From Eledone cirrhosa (taxonomy: Eukaryota), in assembly GCA_964016885.1 (NCBI GenBank), contig OZ024743.1:310372001-310436000 (forward strand): 64,000 nucleotides of DNA, written 5' to 3'. A program made the translations under genes and the position numbers. Under the pieces are notes generated by a model. The model was not told the origin of the DNA and ran no database searches. It saw only the letters and a program-made list of their open reading frames with translations. Positions 1 to 13,190 of the stretch are shown piece after piece; position 1 is the first letter of the stretch; each line of letters starts with the position of its first letter.

Positions 1-559
1 TAACTTTTAAACAGGGGTCAGGGCTGGCATATGCGTATTTAGTGCCGTAACCTTGCCCTGCAATGCACGCCCCCGTTTAACATTTACGCTCTATCAACTT
101 ACAGTTTGGCAAACTGAAAAACCTCTCAACACTGCTTGCTCTAGACATAATAAGAAAATTACTATCATTGTATTTTCCACTATATGACCTACAACCTTCC
201 ACATCAAATCATGTTACTGTTGATAACACCAGAAAACCCTATACCACAGCCCTGCTATTTAGGAAGGATGTTTACAAATTAATTTCATGATCTCAAAAAA
301 CTATTTTATATATATATATAATACAAATATATATAAAACTATGACCCTTTATGGTTCCCCATTGACTTTCACGTTTTAGGCGACTGTCATGTCAACCAAA
401 TATTATCACCACTCTTGACATTGACATTGGTATTTAACTAAATAGAGATAAAAATCCAGTATAGCCTTCCACATACCCGTTTATCTATTCCACTTTTATC
501 AATATATATATTTCAATTATGCTTTGAATAGGCACATAACAGCTTATGGTGTAGGGAAG

Positions 560-866
560 TATATGTATGTGTGGAACCGTAACGCCTCAAGGAATAATAG
601 GGGCGGCATTTTTAGTGATTTTAAAACCCGGTGGTCTGAACACAAGATTTCTTCCAGAGAAGGATAGAGAGTAAGAGAATTGAAGTGAGAAAGTTATGCA
701 GACGCACAATCGACACCAGTACTAGGCTAGTACATTTTATCGACCTCGAATGGGAGAAACTCAAAGTTGACCTCGGTGGGATTGGAACTCAGAGAGTGAA
801 GAGCAGAAACAAATAACACAAAGCACTCTATTCCATGTTCGAACGATTCTGATAATTCACCGCCTT
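560..866 (-). mobile_element. Older tRNA-derived SINE, long-tail subfamily
   Basis: The minus strand reads GGCGGTGAA...GAGTTCCAATCCC (B-box-like), then a GGTCGATAAAATGTACTAG central block and a tail shared with 4850-5122 and 7520-7824 (gatttcttccag...gtgagaaag). Confidence 0.75.
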
Positions 867-1058
867 TTAGGAAATTATATACAATTGTAAAAATTTGAGT
901 ACAACTCTTGTTCTTATTTTATCGACGATTCCGAAGATAGGAAATGGTTATGTTGATATCGATTGAATTTGAAATCACAGTATAGGCTTTTGAGGAAGCA
1001 GTAGTTTAATGTTGGCGTATTATTGTAAGGATGTTTTGGAGTTATTATTATACGACGA

Positions 1059-1250
1059 GGCGGTGGATTGGCAGTATCGGTAGTGTGTCGGACGCCATGC
1101 TTTCCAGCATAGTTACGTCCCTTAACGATCTGAGTTCAAATCCCGCCGAGGTTGACTTTGCCTTTCATCCTTACGGGGTCGATAAAATAAAGTATCAGTA
1201 ATGCACTGGGTAATTGCTGGCCTTGTGCCAAAAGTGGAAACAATTATTAT
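1059..1250 (+). mobile_element. Young ~190 bp tRNA-derived SINE (Meta-like central domain) with 15-bp TSD
   Basis: Head GGCGGTGGATTGGCAGTATCGGTAG, B-box GAGTTCAAATCCC, central GCCTTTCATCCTTACGGGGTCGATAAAATAAAGTA, tail GAAACAATTATT. TSD attattatacgacga at 1044-1058 and 1243-1257. Confidence 0.9.
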
Positions 1251-1294
1251 ACGACGATATTGGTTATGTTTGCCTGCATTTGAATGGAATTTTA

Positions 1295-1577
1295 CATAGA
1301 CAGACACTATATACTACATATACAATTTTATATAGACACAATTTTATATTTACACAATCTTATATCGACGTAATTTTATATAGACACAATTGTATATAGA
1401 ACCAATTCTATACAAACACAATTTTATATATATACACAATTTTATACAGACAATTTTATATATACACAATTTTACGTAAACACAATTTTATATAAATACA
1501 ATTTTATACAGATAATTTTAAATAGTCACAACTTTATATAGATACAATTTATATATACACACTTTTATATAAACACA
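1295..1577. repeat. ~16-18 bp minisatellite (tatagacacaattttata)n
   Basis: About 15 degenerate tandem copies of cacaattttata. Confidence 0.85.
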
Positions 1578-1775
1578 AAGCCACGCAATTTGAGGAGGCT
1601 CCCAATTGATTAATTTTACACCAGTATGTGATCGGTACTAATGTTATCGATCCTGGATGGATAAACCCTAACGGTCACGAAAACAAGATTCGAACTTCCA
1701 CTGTAAATGCTCGCAACTAAACATTAAAGGACATTTTTCCTGAATGTTTGAGTGATACAGCTAGTCTACTGCGAT
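1575..1775 (-). mobile_element. Degenerate SINE copy
   Basis: Weak match to the SINE consensus (cacaaagcc..., ggtact...ttatcgatcc, gattcgaact). Confidence 0.5.
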
Positions 1776-2117
1776 TGCCCACGATGAAATATTAATCAAA
1801 CATATTAATAAAACCTACATATTCGTGGAATTATCAGTCTAGGAAGCTCACAGTAACTAAACACTTCAGAGTATTTATGCTGAAAAGCTGAATATGTAGA
1901 CAGCTGCTGCTTTTGAAAATGAAACTGGCCATTAAATTGACATACAATTGTCTTTTGTTAATGAGTTGTACAACATAAATTTAACTAGACTACCGGTTAT
2001 TTGTTAAGATGCAGGGCGGTAGAATATCATCTCCCGAGAAAACCATACGAAGATGTTCATAAATATTTATTTTCGTAGTTATTAACAAAGCGACATTCCA
2101 GATGAATGCATTGATAT

Positions 2118-2310
2118 AATAATTGTTTCTATGTTAGGCACAAGGCCAGCAATTACCCAGTGCATTACTGTTACTTTATCTTATCGACCCCGTAAGGGTG
2201 AAAGGCAAAGTTAACCTTGGTGGGATTTGAACTCAGAATGGCAAGGGCCGTAACTCTATACGTCAAAGCACGGCGTCCGACCCTCTACCAATACTGCCAA
2301 TCCACCGCCC
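2118..2310 (-). mobile_element. Young SINE with 18-bp TSD
   Basis: Reverse complement of the 1059 element. TSD atgcattgatataataat at 2106-2123 and 2313-2330. Confidence 0.9.
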
Positions 2311-2989
2311 TCATGCATTGATATAATAATATTATCAAATTTGTAGATATGTTATCTAGATTATATAACTTCCCTCTGTCATAAAACTGCACAATATATA
2401 CAATTGTATATTTTGACATGACAAAACTTGAGACAGCTGTTGTGGCAAAATAACTAAATATTTGTTTAAAACTAATACTTGTCTATAGTTTTTGTTGCGT
2501 TCATTTGGCGAAAATGTTGTGAAGATCATTGATAATTTAATACAAAAGAAAACCTTCTCACAGGGACTACATTAGAAGAGCGTTGACACATCATCCAAGA
2601 GACAGTTAAACATATGTTTGGGGTTCCACTTCAAACAGTGTAACAGATCGGAGATAGTAGTTCCATGGTGATGTGCTAAAGACAGTGTTAGAGGGAGTCA
2701 GAGAGAGACAGAAAAATATATAGAGAGAAATACGGAGAAGAAAGAGAGAGGAGAATTTCTTTCTAGACAGTATCAATATCAATATTTTTATTTGTAAAGC
2801 ATATGGTATTCCGGTGGATATTATATTAAAATTAATTACAAAGTTGTTCAAAATATATTTTAAGATACATATTATTCGAATATTTCTTTATGCATTAAAA
2901 CAGTGTAGATCGTTAAGAATAAACGGGATAACACTCAAAATGGAGGATTTGCTTTCCACAATATCGTATTGTTTAAGTTGACTCTAATA

Positions 2990-3180
2990 TTGATTTTCAA
3001 TTTGGAGAAGAGGCAATGGTGGCTAAATCAAGCTCATGACTTGATTGGTACTTTATTTTATCGGCCACACGTGAAGGGGATGTAAAGTTGACCTCGGAGG
3101 GTTTTGAATTTAGAAAGTATAGAGGAAAATACTGCAAAGTATACTATCCGCTGCTCTACTAATTCTTCTAATCCACCGCT
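2990..3180 (-). mobile_element. Degenerate SINE copy
   Basis: ggtactttattttatcgg...aaagttgacctcggagggttttgaa...atccaccgc. Confidence 0.65.
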
Positions 3181-4032
3181 CTTTGGATTCTAATATTACG
3201 TCTATGAACTCCGATACCTTGCTTTTTATATGCTTCTAAAAACGGAATCCAATCATATCGGAATCCAATCATATCGGAATCTTATTATAGAACAACAAAA
3301 TATTAAAACAATCTAACATTAAAATTAATGGTATAGATTGATACAAAGGTTAAATTAATGGTATAGGTTAGCAGAAAGGTTAAAGTAATGGTATAGATTA
3401 ATAGACAGCATAAAACACCACTGTATTAACATATGTACTCAGGGAGCAAGGAAGAAAAAATACACATATTTTCATTTGTGATTTTATACATCAAAACAAT
3501 ATAAAAATTCAAAAGAAAACCACAGATATTTATTACATTCCAACATCAATAATTACATATATCTTGCAGGATGTTTTAGCTTTAGTGGAAGATCAGAGGT
3601 GATTATCTGGATTCCGCGTTAGGAGCATTACTTTATTGAATCCATACTTTAATACATTGAAAGAATAAAATAATTCTAAAATAAATTATTTATTACATTT
3701 TTAAAGCCACTTACATTCTATTTATACAGGGAGTAATATAGTTGGACTCTTAAACAGATTGTAAAAACACTTCAGTAAATTTGAAATTGAAGATTAATTC
3801 GTTTTAAGTTTCGAGGTTTCCAAATACCCATTAGCAGTTGTGTCTGTAAGATAGCAAACAACGTGTAAAGATGGTGAAAACTAAAATGAAAACAAAAGTG
3901 TCATTATTTTAATGTATTAGCCCAAAATTTTATCTTTAATACAAATGTATGTGATGTAGCAAAGTGGGCGAAATATTGACTATATTATCAATTTCTATAT
4001 ATTTAGTGTGTTGTTATCTTTAATGCATGCGA

Positions 4033-4230
4033 AGGCGCGTGGCCTGGTGGCAAGGTTATTAGACGTACGGTGGTAATGTCGTGAGTTTGATTCCTGGACT
4101 GGGTTGTATGTTGTGTTCTTGAGAAAAACACTTCAGTTCACGTTCCTCCAGTATACCCAGCAGAAAATGAGTACCGGCATAGACTGACTTAAACTTTCTA
4201 TAGACTGGCATCCCATCCAGAGGAGAGAGA
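4033..4230 (+). mobile_element. Second SINE family (tRNA head + gtgttcttgagcaa...cact conserved domain)
   Basis: GGCGCGTGGCCTGGTGG head, GAGTTTGATTCC B-box, then gtgttcttgag and gactggcatcccatccag. Related to 36151-36394 and 44628-44915. Confidence 0.7.
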
Positions 4231-4849
4231 CTTTATTTTTGATGAATTAGGCCACCATATTTGGTTTAGAGCATAATGTTAGTGAATCTGGGAAGATATA
4301 AAGCAAATTTATCGCAAGAATATGCTAACTCAAAATAGTTTTCATCTTGTTTTCATTATCTATTTACATTGTGTACGTAATCTGTACGCGTTCTTGTCCA
4401 AACTCTTCGGTATTTTACAATGCGTATATAGAACACAACCCATTGGAAGCACTCTACTAAACTGTGGACGTGAAAAATCAAAACGGGATCATCAATGATT
4501 GTGAGGTCAATCATTTTTAGTAACTTTCAATGATTAAATTGAAAGCTCTTCATGATTAGCAGTATGCAAAAGTATTTTCTTGATATGTACAATGATTGTG
4601 AGTTTATGATGTTAAAGGAAGGAAGATTGATCCAACACTATTGGAAAATATTTATAGGTATTGAATTATATGCAGATTGAAGAGAAAAATCTTTTAAAAA
4701 TTTATATAATCTATTGGACGCTACGAAATATCATATACGAGTATTTCAGAATATTTAGGTAATTTACGATAGACCAAACCAATCTTCTCATTGTCACGTT
4801 ACTTCTGAATGAGTCCTAGAAGCGTCGTATTGATATACAGTGTTTCTAG

Positions 4850-5122
4850 GGCATTTCAAACCCGGTGGAGCCCATCAGATCACCAGGTCTGAATACAGCA
4901 GATTTCTTCCAGAGAAGGATAGAAAGTGAGAGAATGGAAGTGAGAAAGAGGTATAGAGGAAGAACCAATCCCAGTACTAGACTGATACATTTTTTTATCG
5001 ACCTCGAATGGTTGATATGCAAAGTGGACTACAACGGGATAACAATTTAGAGAGAAGAGTGCAAGAACAAATACCGCAAAGCATTCTATTCGACATTCTA
5101 ACGATTCTGCCAATTTGCCGCC
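4850..5122 (-). mobile_element. Older SINE, long-tail subfamily
   Basis: Colinear with 560-866 and 7520-7824. Confidence 0.75.
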
Positions 5123-5439
5123 CGATTTTCATATATGGATATGTAATTGTTATTGTTTTTACAACTAATGACATGGCAAACACGAGTGATTATAACATTT
5201 TTCCTTTTCAAAGTGAATAAGGCCCTGTGGTTTCTAAATAGATATCTCTCGGTTATTTTTAGCTGCACTTGTGTCGGAAATGTTACATAAAAATAATGGG
5301 CATTACCTACACGGAACACAAAACAACTAAAGCAATTGCACGACACTCAAGCAATATACAGTCAACTACATTGACCTGCTAATCACCGAACAGTAAAGAT
5401 AACTGAGAGGATATGGTCAAGTGGCAAGATCTGATGGAT

Positions 5440-6210
5440 TGACCAAGACTATCTACCAGGGAAAATAAATGAGAGGAAGAAAAGGGTGATAACATTACGG
5501 AATGGACGTCTAATGACTTCGTCAGAACCCGAGTCCTAGATAAAGGTGGGGATGGATGAAGGTCATACAATGCTCCATTCCGTATCCCCACATTAGTCTT
5601 GATGGGATGTTGGAGGATAAAAGCAGTACACTGTTCAACGCTCCTGTGTCACACGACAGTTAAGGAGGAGTGAAGGATAAAGGTAGAACAATGATCCAGT
5701 TTATAGTGCCTCGCGTACCTTGAAAGTGAATGGGTGAAGGTGGTACAGAGCTTCTTCTGCTGCGTCAAAGCATTCTTGAAGGAGATGGTGGATGATGAAA
5801 CTGGTACACTGCTCCACTATACAGCGCGACATGAGTCTTGAGTGGTGTTGGTGGGAGATGAAGGTGGTATACTGCTCTCTTCTGCAGCCCCACATGAGTA
5901 TTGAGGGGGTGATGGTGGAGGATGAATTTGGTACACTGTTCCACACTACAGCGCCACACAAGTCTTGAGAAGGGATGGTGGAGAAAGAAGGTGTTACACT
6001 GCTCCATTCCGCAGTGTCACATGGTCATTGAGGGTGAGGTGGTACGCAGCTTCATTTTCCTTTCCCACACGAGTCTGAAGGGTTGATGCTAGAGGAGGAA
6101 GGCCATACATTATTCTACTCTTCAGCTCCACAACAACCTCTAGAGGGGGGAGGAGATGAAAGTGGTATACTGCTCAACTCTGCTCCCCTTCCCTACTAGT
6201 CTTGAGGGTT
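5440..6210. repeat. GC-richer ~60 bp minisatellite, about 12 degenerate copies
   Basis: Recurring unit gagtcttgag...tggtggaggatgaaggtggtacactgctccactacagcgccacac at ~60 bp spacing. Confidence 0.85.
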
Positions 6211-6344
6211 ACACGATCAGTAAAATAACGGTAACCATAGTAATATAGTAAATGAATATTTGTCCACTTAAAAAGTTAAACCAAATAGATTACATGAATA
6301 CATACTTACTTGCAAACAACAGCAGTTATCAGTTGATTGAACAA

Positions 6345-6452
6345 CTTCTTCTTTTTTCGTTTTCTTCATCTCTTCTTCTTCTTCTTCCTCTTCTTCTTCG
6401 TCGTCGTCTTCTCCCCCCTCCTCCTCCTCTTCATCATCATCATCATCATCCT
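6345..6452. repeat. Compound (CTT)n/(CGT)n/(CCT)n/(CAT)n microsatellite
   Basis: Direct reading. Confidence 0.9.
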
Positions 6453-6966
6453 CATGCTCCTCTGTGAAGGCTGCTGTTGCTACATTTTTGTCAGGAATAA
6501 TTTCGTCTTGAGTGTCACTTATACCTGCTTCATATCAAATAACTAGTTCTCAACTTTCAAATAACGATCCTATTATCTGCACTTAAATTATTTTCTCACA
6601 ACTTTACAAGCATAGCTATTCAATATTTATCGAGTGTGTTATAGTATTTTCTTTGAAATATACCTGTCGCTATATAGTCACTTCTGGCAGTATCTTTACA
6701 CGAATCTAATAATGTTTTCAGCAAAAGCAAAACACTTCGAACTGCTTAATTGAAACCATATATAGTTGATGGAACTTTAGCAAATGTTAACAAATATAAG
6801 TTAATGCTGATAAACATATAGTGTATATGGACATGCAAGTCTCTACAAATATCTCTGTCGTATTAATGACAAAAATATGTTCTCCTTAAGACATCTGACA
6901 CACACAGACACACATACAGGTACACACACAGGCACATCCACATGTATATAAACAATTAGCTATGCA

Positions 6967-7014
<48 letters not shown>

Positions 7015-7204
7015 CGTGTGTGTGTAAAGAAGTGTTCTAGCAGTCGAAATGTACGGTAACGTTATATCTGAACACATAGAGAGTAACCGAGACTGCACCA
7101 ATGTGTATATAAATAATATAAATATACACATGTTTAATATGTAGCCATGTAAACATACCAGAAAATACGAATTTCCCTGTAAATTGTGAAAATTATAAAT
7201 AACT

Positions 7205-7246
7205 TTAATCGATTTTCGAGCCTACTTGGACCCTCATCAGGAGGCG
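7205..7246 (-). ncRNA. Degenerate type-I hammerhead ribozyme motif (PLE pLTR-like)
   Basis: The minus strand reads CUGAUGA-GGGUC-caagua-GGCUC-GAAA-AUCGAU-UA. Stem II pairs and the stem III loop is palindromic, but stem I does not pair. Confidence 0.45.
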
Positions 7247-7519
7247 TGTATATCACACAGACAACCACAAGGAAACATCCATTTTATGGTTTTATACATC
7301 CATTCAGTCTTAGTAGTTCAGAATAATACTGAGAGCAAATAATTATAAAATTCCTCAGCTAAGTGTTTCATAATTCAATAAATTGGCGAGGTAGTTGACC
7401 GAACAATTGTTATAAACATCGTCGAAACCGACGAAGATTAATTGAATGTTTAACATCGTTATTGAATTGGATTACTTTTAATAGTCTCAGCCAGTATATT
7501 AAAGATAGTGGGTAGTGTG

Positions 7520-7824
7520 GTCCCGTAACTAAAGAGGGAATCGTAGGGCACCGTATTGACATTCCTTTCTTGGGGAATTGTTAAGCCTAGTCGAGCCCAT
7601 CTTTTCTCCAGCTCTGAATACAGCAGATTTCTTCCAGGGAAATATTGACAGTGAGGGAGAGAAAGTGAGAAAGAGATATACAGCAGGAAACCTCCCAGTA
7701 CTGAATTGCTACCTTTTTTATCGACCTTGACAGGGAGAAAGGAAAGGTTGACCTCAGTGGGATTTTAACTCAGAGAACAGAGAATTCTAACCGACGTTCC
7801 AACGATTCTGCTAATTCACTGCCC
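7520..7824 (-). mobile_element. Older SINE, long-tail subfamily
   Basis: Colinear with 560-866 and 4850-5122. Confidence 0.75.
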
Positions 7825-8369
7825 AATATTAAAGGTAGTGTATGGGAAACTCCAGGGCAGTCTTTTATATCACATAGTAATTTATTTCGAGCCGTAGGCA
7901 ATGGTATAAAAATAAAAATACCCTACTAAGCTAAATTACCTTTAACAATATAGATAATGAGAAATATCCCCTGTGTAGCTAATGGATCAACAAGTGATAT
8001 GGCTGATATAATTATTTTAATATCTATTATTGATGTGTAATATTACATTAATTTTGACCGGGCCCTGATTTCTGTAACAATCTTGCTTACCCTAATTGAT
8101 ATTATTCGTAGAAAGAGATATGAAATGACACCGATCGCTATTTGGCATATTATATCAAACTCTCCTCAATAAGAATTAAGCATTATTCTATGTATATATT
8201 CTTAGTGTAATGTTTTCTTAATCGTACACAGGACATTCAATGTATGATAGATTTGTAAAATCAATAGAGTGCCTGGATAACATATATTGTACTATTCCAA
8301 ATAGGACCACAATGTTGACACTTTCTTGGCCGACCACACCACTGCCTACCACACTGATTAGCACTAGGG

Positions 8370-8960
8370 TCTTACCTTAAATTTATTAAGAACAATTCCC
8401 GACTGCCAAATTGTGCGGTGTGTCTGCAACATCCTATCCAGCTGACGCTTTGTTTTGAAGATCAGCGACAGACAGACCAGCAGAATGTACCACCTTCCTA
8501 ATGGTGTCCATGAAGCTCTCGGTATTATCACTCATGTTCTTCAACATGTACATCAGTGACACACCCCAAACAGCATCACGACAATATGGCTACACATATG
8601 TTCCTGTCCCTCTCCTCTTCGATAGTATTTTATCTAATGTAGAGAGTATACTAAAAGCACATATGACCTTCTTGACAACATATTTCAAGACCTGGATATT
8701 GACGCTTAGGATGGTAAAGCCAACTGCAGGGGCGTTCTTCAATATCAAGGAGGCAAAACCTCAGCTCACCATCAATCGAGATGGTACATTTCTCTCAGAG
8801 AACACCATACCGGCCTCTCTCGGAGTGAATTCAGACCAACAGCTCACTTACTGATCTACAGACAGCACGTAGAAACCTTACGCGGTAAGGTGTCCACAAG
8901 GAACACCTGTCCACGCCGCTTGGCAGGCTCATCAACATGGAGTGATTGCAGAGCCTAGGA
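8370..8960 (+). pseudogene. Non-LTR RT fragment, Ingi/Vingi (I-group)-like
   Basis: ORF 8501-8854 contains FNMYISDTPQTASRQYGY (decayed YADD region), LTTYFKTW and LGVNSDQQLTY, followed by a KVSTRN...LAG..W-like segment. Confidence 0.7.
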
Positions 8961-9579
8961 TATGTCCTGTAATTGCTGTCTTATACGTAACAAAGAAGTA
9001 CCAGCTTTATACTATCTACCACATAATAGAATACATTCCCGTCCGAAGTTTATGGAAGGTGCTTAAGTTAGAACTCTCTGTGCACAGAGGCAAAGCTTTA
9101 TTGTATTAATAAACTAGTAACTCAAATATATTTTTTGGAAAAAAGTAAGTCAAGAGAGATGCCTTTATTCGAGAATGTTGAGCTACAATGTCTATTTAAA
9201 ATATAATGAAGTAAACACTTCAGTAAGAAGTACAAGGCTATTTAGTATTCTTAAACTATAAAGAAAATTCATATGTAACAAAATTAAATTGACGAAAAAA
9301 AAAAGATACTAATGTCTTTGGACTTTATATCTCTTTCTCACTTCCAAAATCTTATTCTCTATCCTTCTTTTGAAGAAATCCGTTGTATCCAGACCTGGAG
9401 AGGAGATGGGCGCCATCAGGTTCAGAAAATTCCCTAGAAACGGCACACCTACGACTCACAGAGGAGTTACGGGACAATTCTTGCATGTAATGGTTTTTAA
9501 CGTAATTTAAAACATTGGAAGTCTTTTTCATTACAATAGTGGTATGGAAATTAGACACAACGCCAGAAACGTTTTGTTG

Positions 9580-9750
9580 GAGTAAGAGAAAGGCGATAAA
9601 ATCTTTAAAAGTACTTATGTGGTAATTTATTGAAGTTGGGTGGGTGAAAATCAAATCTAACCTCCGCTGGATTTGAACGTGGTGCTTAAAGAGCCGGAAC
9701 AAATACTGCTGGGCATTTATTTTCTTCGACGCTCAGTCTATTCGACCAAT
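9580..9750 (-). mobile_element. Degenerate SINE copy
   Basis: taacctccgctggatttgaac...gagccggaacaaatactgc matches the SINE head on the minus strand. Confidence 0.5.
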
Positions 9751-10246
9751 CGATAGAGAACATGGAATTGAGGTTATCAAGTATTTCTTTGTTTCATATT
9801 CAATTATAAGGAAGCTACCGTGCACGCTAATGCCATCATGTGTATCTTGCTATTTATATAAGCTTAATTTCACAAACTATTTCTATATGATAATGGAATA
9901 CGCATCGATAATACCAAATGGGACGAAAGAAAATAACCAGCCAAAGGGAATATTCTCTATGCTAAATACAAATACGGTAGTGCATCACATATGTAGTATA
10001 ATAGGTAATTGAAAAACGTCAATCCACTGAGATTATCCAAGCAACTAGTGGAGAAAGTTTCAACTAGGGGTGTTGAACATTTAGAAATAACAAGCAGCAA
10101 GATAAATATCTAAAGATTAGGTGTTCGAAACAATGAAGTCTGGAGAATATATCGATTTTAAATCCATCAGGTGAAAGCGACAAACACAGGTTTGAATAAC
10201 ATATATAAACATTCAGGCCATAATAACAATACCATTATTATATATT

Positions 10247-10612
10247 GGCAGTATCGGTAGAGGGTCGGACGCCATGCTTTCCAGCATAGTTACGTCCCTT
10301 TACGATCTGAGTTCAAATCCCGCCGAGGTTGACTTTTCCTTTCATCCTTACGGGGTCGATAAAATAAAGTACCAGTAATGAACTGGTGATTGCTGGCCTT
10401 GTGCCTAAAGTAGAAACAATTATTATATATTATTAGGGCGGTGGATAGGCAGTATCGGTAGAGGGTCGGACGCCCTGCTTTCCAGCATAATTACGTCCTT
10501 TTACGATCTGAGTTCAAATCCTTGCCTTTCATCCTTACGGGGTCGATAAAATAAAGTACCAGTAATGCACTGGGTATTTGCTGGCCTTGTGTCTAAAGTA
10601 GAAACAATTATT
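10247..10612 (+). mobile_element. Two tandem young SINEs (10247-10424, 10437-10612)
   Basis: Both match the consensus. The target attattatatatt occurs at 10234-10246 and 10419-10431, and a third time split by the Helitron (10607-10617 + 11447-11448). Confidence 0.9.
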
Positions 10613-10617
10613 ATATA

Positions 10618-11446
10618 CTAGCAGTAAAGCCCGGCGTTGCTCGGGGTCGCTCAGTAGCTGTGTTAAAGTTACAATGTTAAGTTTCTTTCTTGGCTTAAAA
10701 ACTGTAGTGTCTACTGTGCAGACTTGCATGTGGTGTTTTTGATTAATATTCCCTCAACCAACAATATGCCTTATGAAGTTAAGAAAACATAACGATAACC
10801 CGAATGTTATAACAAAAGAGGATGCTGGGGATAGAAACTGCACTGGTTATTTATTAACAAAGATCGAAAATGTAAACACTGCAACGCAGAGAAAAACATT
10901 AGCGTAACCAAATTATCAGTTATGTCTGTCTGCACGCCTATATCACCTCTCTGCACGACTGTCTGTCTGCACGCCTAACGAAATTTACAGATACATATAT
11001 TTTAAATAAACTTATATAATTTTTGCTTTTTTTTTACGAAATATTTGCTTGTTTTACGTAGTCTTTAAATAGACTTGTTTTCAAGTAAAAATATTGTTTT
11101 AAAAGGCTTTTAAATGGAAATGAAGCAAAACGGAAGCTTAGTGTTCGAACGTATTGTGTTAATGTCATTTTAAACGCTGAGAAAGCCAGCGTAATTTTTT
11201 ACGTAAGACGCTCAATGTAAACAGAACAAAGGGAAATAACTGATAACTTACGCTCAAAAATCGATACATTATATTCGATTTCGTCACATAGGATGGGTCA
11301 ATTTGAAATTTTTTTTTTCCGATGTCTTCGCTAGGGCTCAATGTACAAGTCTAGTAATTTCGGTGCAATTCCGTGAGAGATTCTAAGAGGAGATGTGTGC
11401 CAAAAATCGATAGACAGACAGACAACCACAGTTTTATATATATAGA
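10618..11446 (-). mobile_element. Non-autonomous Helitron (~830 bp)
   Basis: The minus strand starts A|TCTATATATATAAAA...(TGTC)n and ends CCCGAGCAACGCCGGG (hairpin) + 8 nt + CTAG|T. A|T insertion with no TSD matches canonical Helitron termini. Confidence 0.8.
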
Positions 11447-11448
11447 TT

Positions 11449-11991
11449 AATTGTTTCTACTTTTGGCACAAGGCCAGCAATTATCCCAGTGTATTACTGG
11501 TACTTTATTTTATCGACCTCGTAAGGATGAAAGGCAAAGTTAACCTCGGAGGGATTTGAACTCAGAATGGCAAGGGACGTAACTCTATGCGTCAAAGCAT
11601 GGCGTCCGACCCTCTACCAATACTGTTCAAATGATTTCTACTATAGGCACAAGGCCAACAATTTTGGGGTAAGGGAAAGTCGATTAAATTGATCCCAGTG
11701 CTAACTAGTACTTTATTTTATCGACCCCGTAAGGATGAAAGGCAAAGCTAACATCGGTGGGATTTGAACTCGAAACGTAAAGGGCCTTATATTATATAAT
11801 AATTGTTTCTACTTTTGGCACAAGGCCACCAATTACCCCAGTACATTACTGGTGCTTTATTTTATCGACCCCGTAATGGTGAAATGCAAAGTTAACCTAA
11901 GAGGGATTTGAAATTAGAATGTAAATGGCCATAACTCAATGCTACGGAGCATGGTATATGTCGCTCTACCGACACTGCCAATCCACCGTCC
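11449..11991 (-). mobile_element. Three tandem SINE copies (11449-11625, 11633-11787, 11798-11991)
   Basis: Repeated tttctac..ggcacaaggcc...ttttatcgacc..gtaa.g.tgaaa.gcaaag blocks. The first two are 5'-truncated. Confidence 0.88.
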
Positions 11992-12124
11992 TTATAATAT
12001 ACTAGCAGAAAAACCGCCTCGTCGCTTTTCTGCTAGCATATGGAGTGTGCATATTGGTATTATACGCCAATATATATGCATATAGATATATGTAAATTGA
12101 AAAGTAAATTGACAATATCTTCTT

Positions 12125-12292
12125 CTTCACCCACTTATTTCTGAGAGGGTCGTGGAGGCAGAGTCCTTCTCAAACACTCCTTTTGCAATTCTTGCACTTA
12201 ATTCAGCCTCCTGCATTCCATCACTCCTGAACACGGCCCGAGATAGTCGAAGTTCTCTAACTGCTTCAATAGAACTCCATTCACATGTATAT
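12125..12292 (-). pseudogene. RTE-like RT C-terminal fragment
   Basis: Frameshifted VNGVLLKQLENFDYLG / AVFRSDGMQEAELSARIAK, matching the typical F.YLG...D....EI..RI.KA pattern. Confidence 0.6.
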
Positions 12293-12479
12293 AAATTTGA
12301 GGGACTTCTGTCCACCCGTCCATCACACAATGTGTATATGTGTTTGTGTGAATGTATGTGTGTGTAAAAGGAAGGAAAGGGATACACACATATATATGTC
12401 TAACTTAAAAATAGTGACACACACGTATCTCCAATTTAGGAGCGCCGACAAACTCACGCGTGCGCACATACACACGCTT

Positions 12480-13190
12480 AAGAGCTTTGCCCCGGGCAAA
12501 CATCCCCTCAGTTTTGGAACCGTCTGGGTTGTCCAGAATTGATGGGAAAAGACTTGATGGTCTTAATCTGTGCTCCTGGTCAAGAGGCAGTTGCTTCATC
12601 TAGGACGTAACAGTTACAGACTATTTTGCTTCTTCCCACATCCTGGATGCAGCGTCAGGGCGAGAGCTACAGCATCCGCAGCTGACGGAACAAAATCCTA
12701 AAATACCCTCTACTGTCAGCTAACTACATTATCCAGCCTGTAGCATTCGAAACGTTTGGAGGAGTCGGGCTACTGGCAGCGAGGTTCTTATCTTCACTGG
12801 CGTCTCGCCAAGCAGAGGTAACTGGTGATGCTCGTGAGGGCACTTGGTTGTTCCAACACCTCAGCCTTGCCATAACCCCAGGTAACGCTGCGAACGTGCT
12901 GGTTTGCCTCGAAAATTATTAGAGATGTTTTTTCAGTGCTCCTCGCTATATTGCTATCTTTTGCTCTGGTAGCGGCTCCGTTTCCCACTCTTTTGCCTGC
13001 TTTTTGTTCTATGTGGTCTAAGATGTATCTATTACGTTCTTGTGTATCTTTTCGCTTACTTTTTTTCCTTTCTCTTTCCTTTCTATATATTATATTTGTT
13101 TGTGTTTTCGTTCTGTAACCATTATATTAAATGGATTATACAAATGAGTTTTAAAAAAAGAGTTAAACTGTGTTTTTAATAAATAAATAA
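12480..13190 (+). pseudogene. CRE-clade non-LTR retrotransposon 3' end (RLE domain + 3'UTR)
   Basis: Translates with stops and shifts to [22 protein letters not shown]...IIQPVAFETFGGVG, TGDAREGTWLFQHLSLAI..GNAANV. AATAAA repeats near 13178-13190. Confidence 0.75.

Noticed and set aside
1059-1150. tRNA gene (A/B boxes)
   Set aside because: It is a SINE head, continuing into a shared body and tail and flanked by a TSD.
5440-6210. CRISPR-like periodicity
   Set aside because: The whole unit is degenerately repeated with no unique spacers, there are no cas genes, and the context is eukaryotic.
9352-9702. 116-aa minus-strand ORF
   Set aside because: It begins in a SINE remnant and has no recognisable motif.
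12001-12038. Small inverted repeat ctagcagaaaa...ttttctgctag resembling Helitron 3' ends
   Set aside because: It is too short, and no matching 5' TC terminus could be defined.
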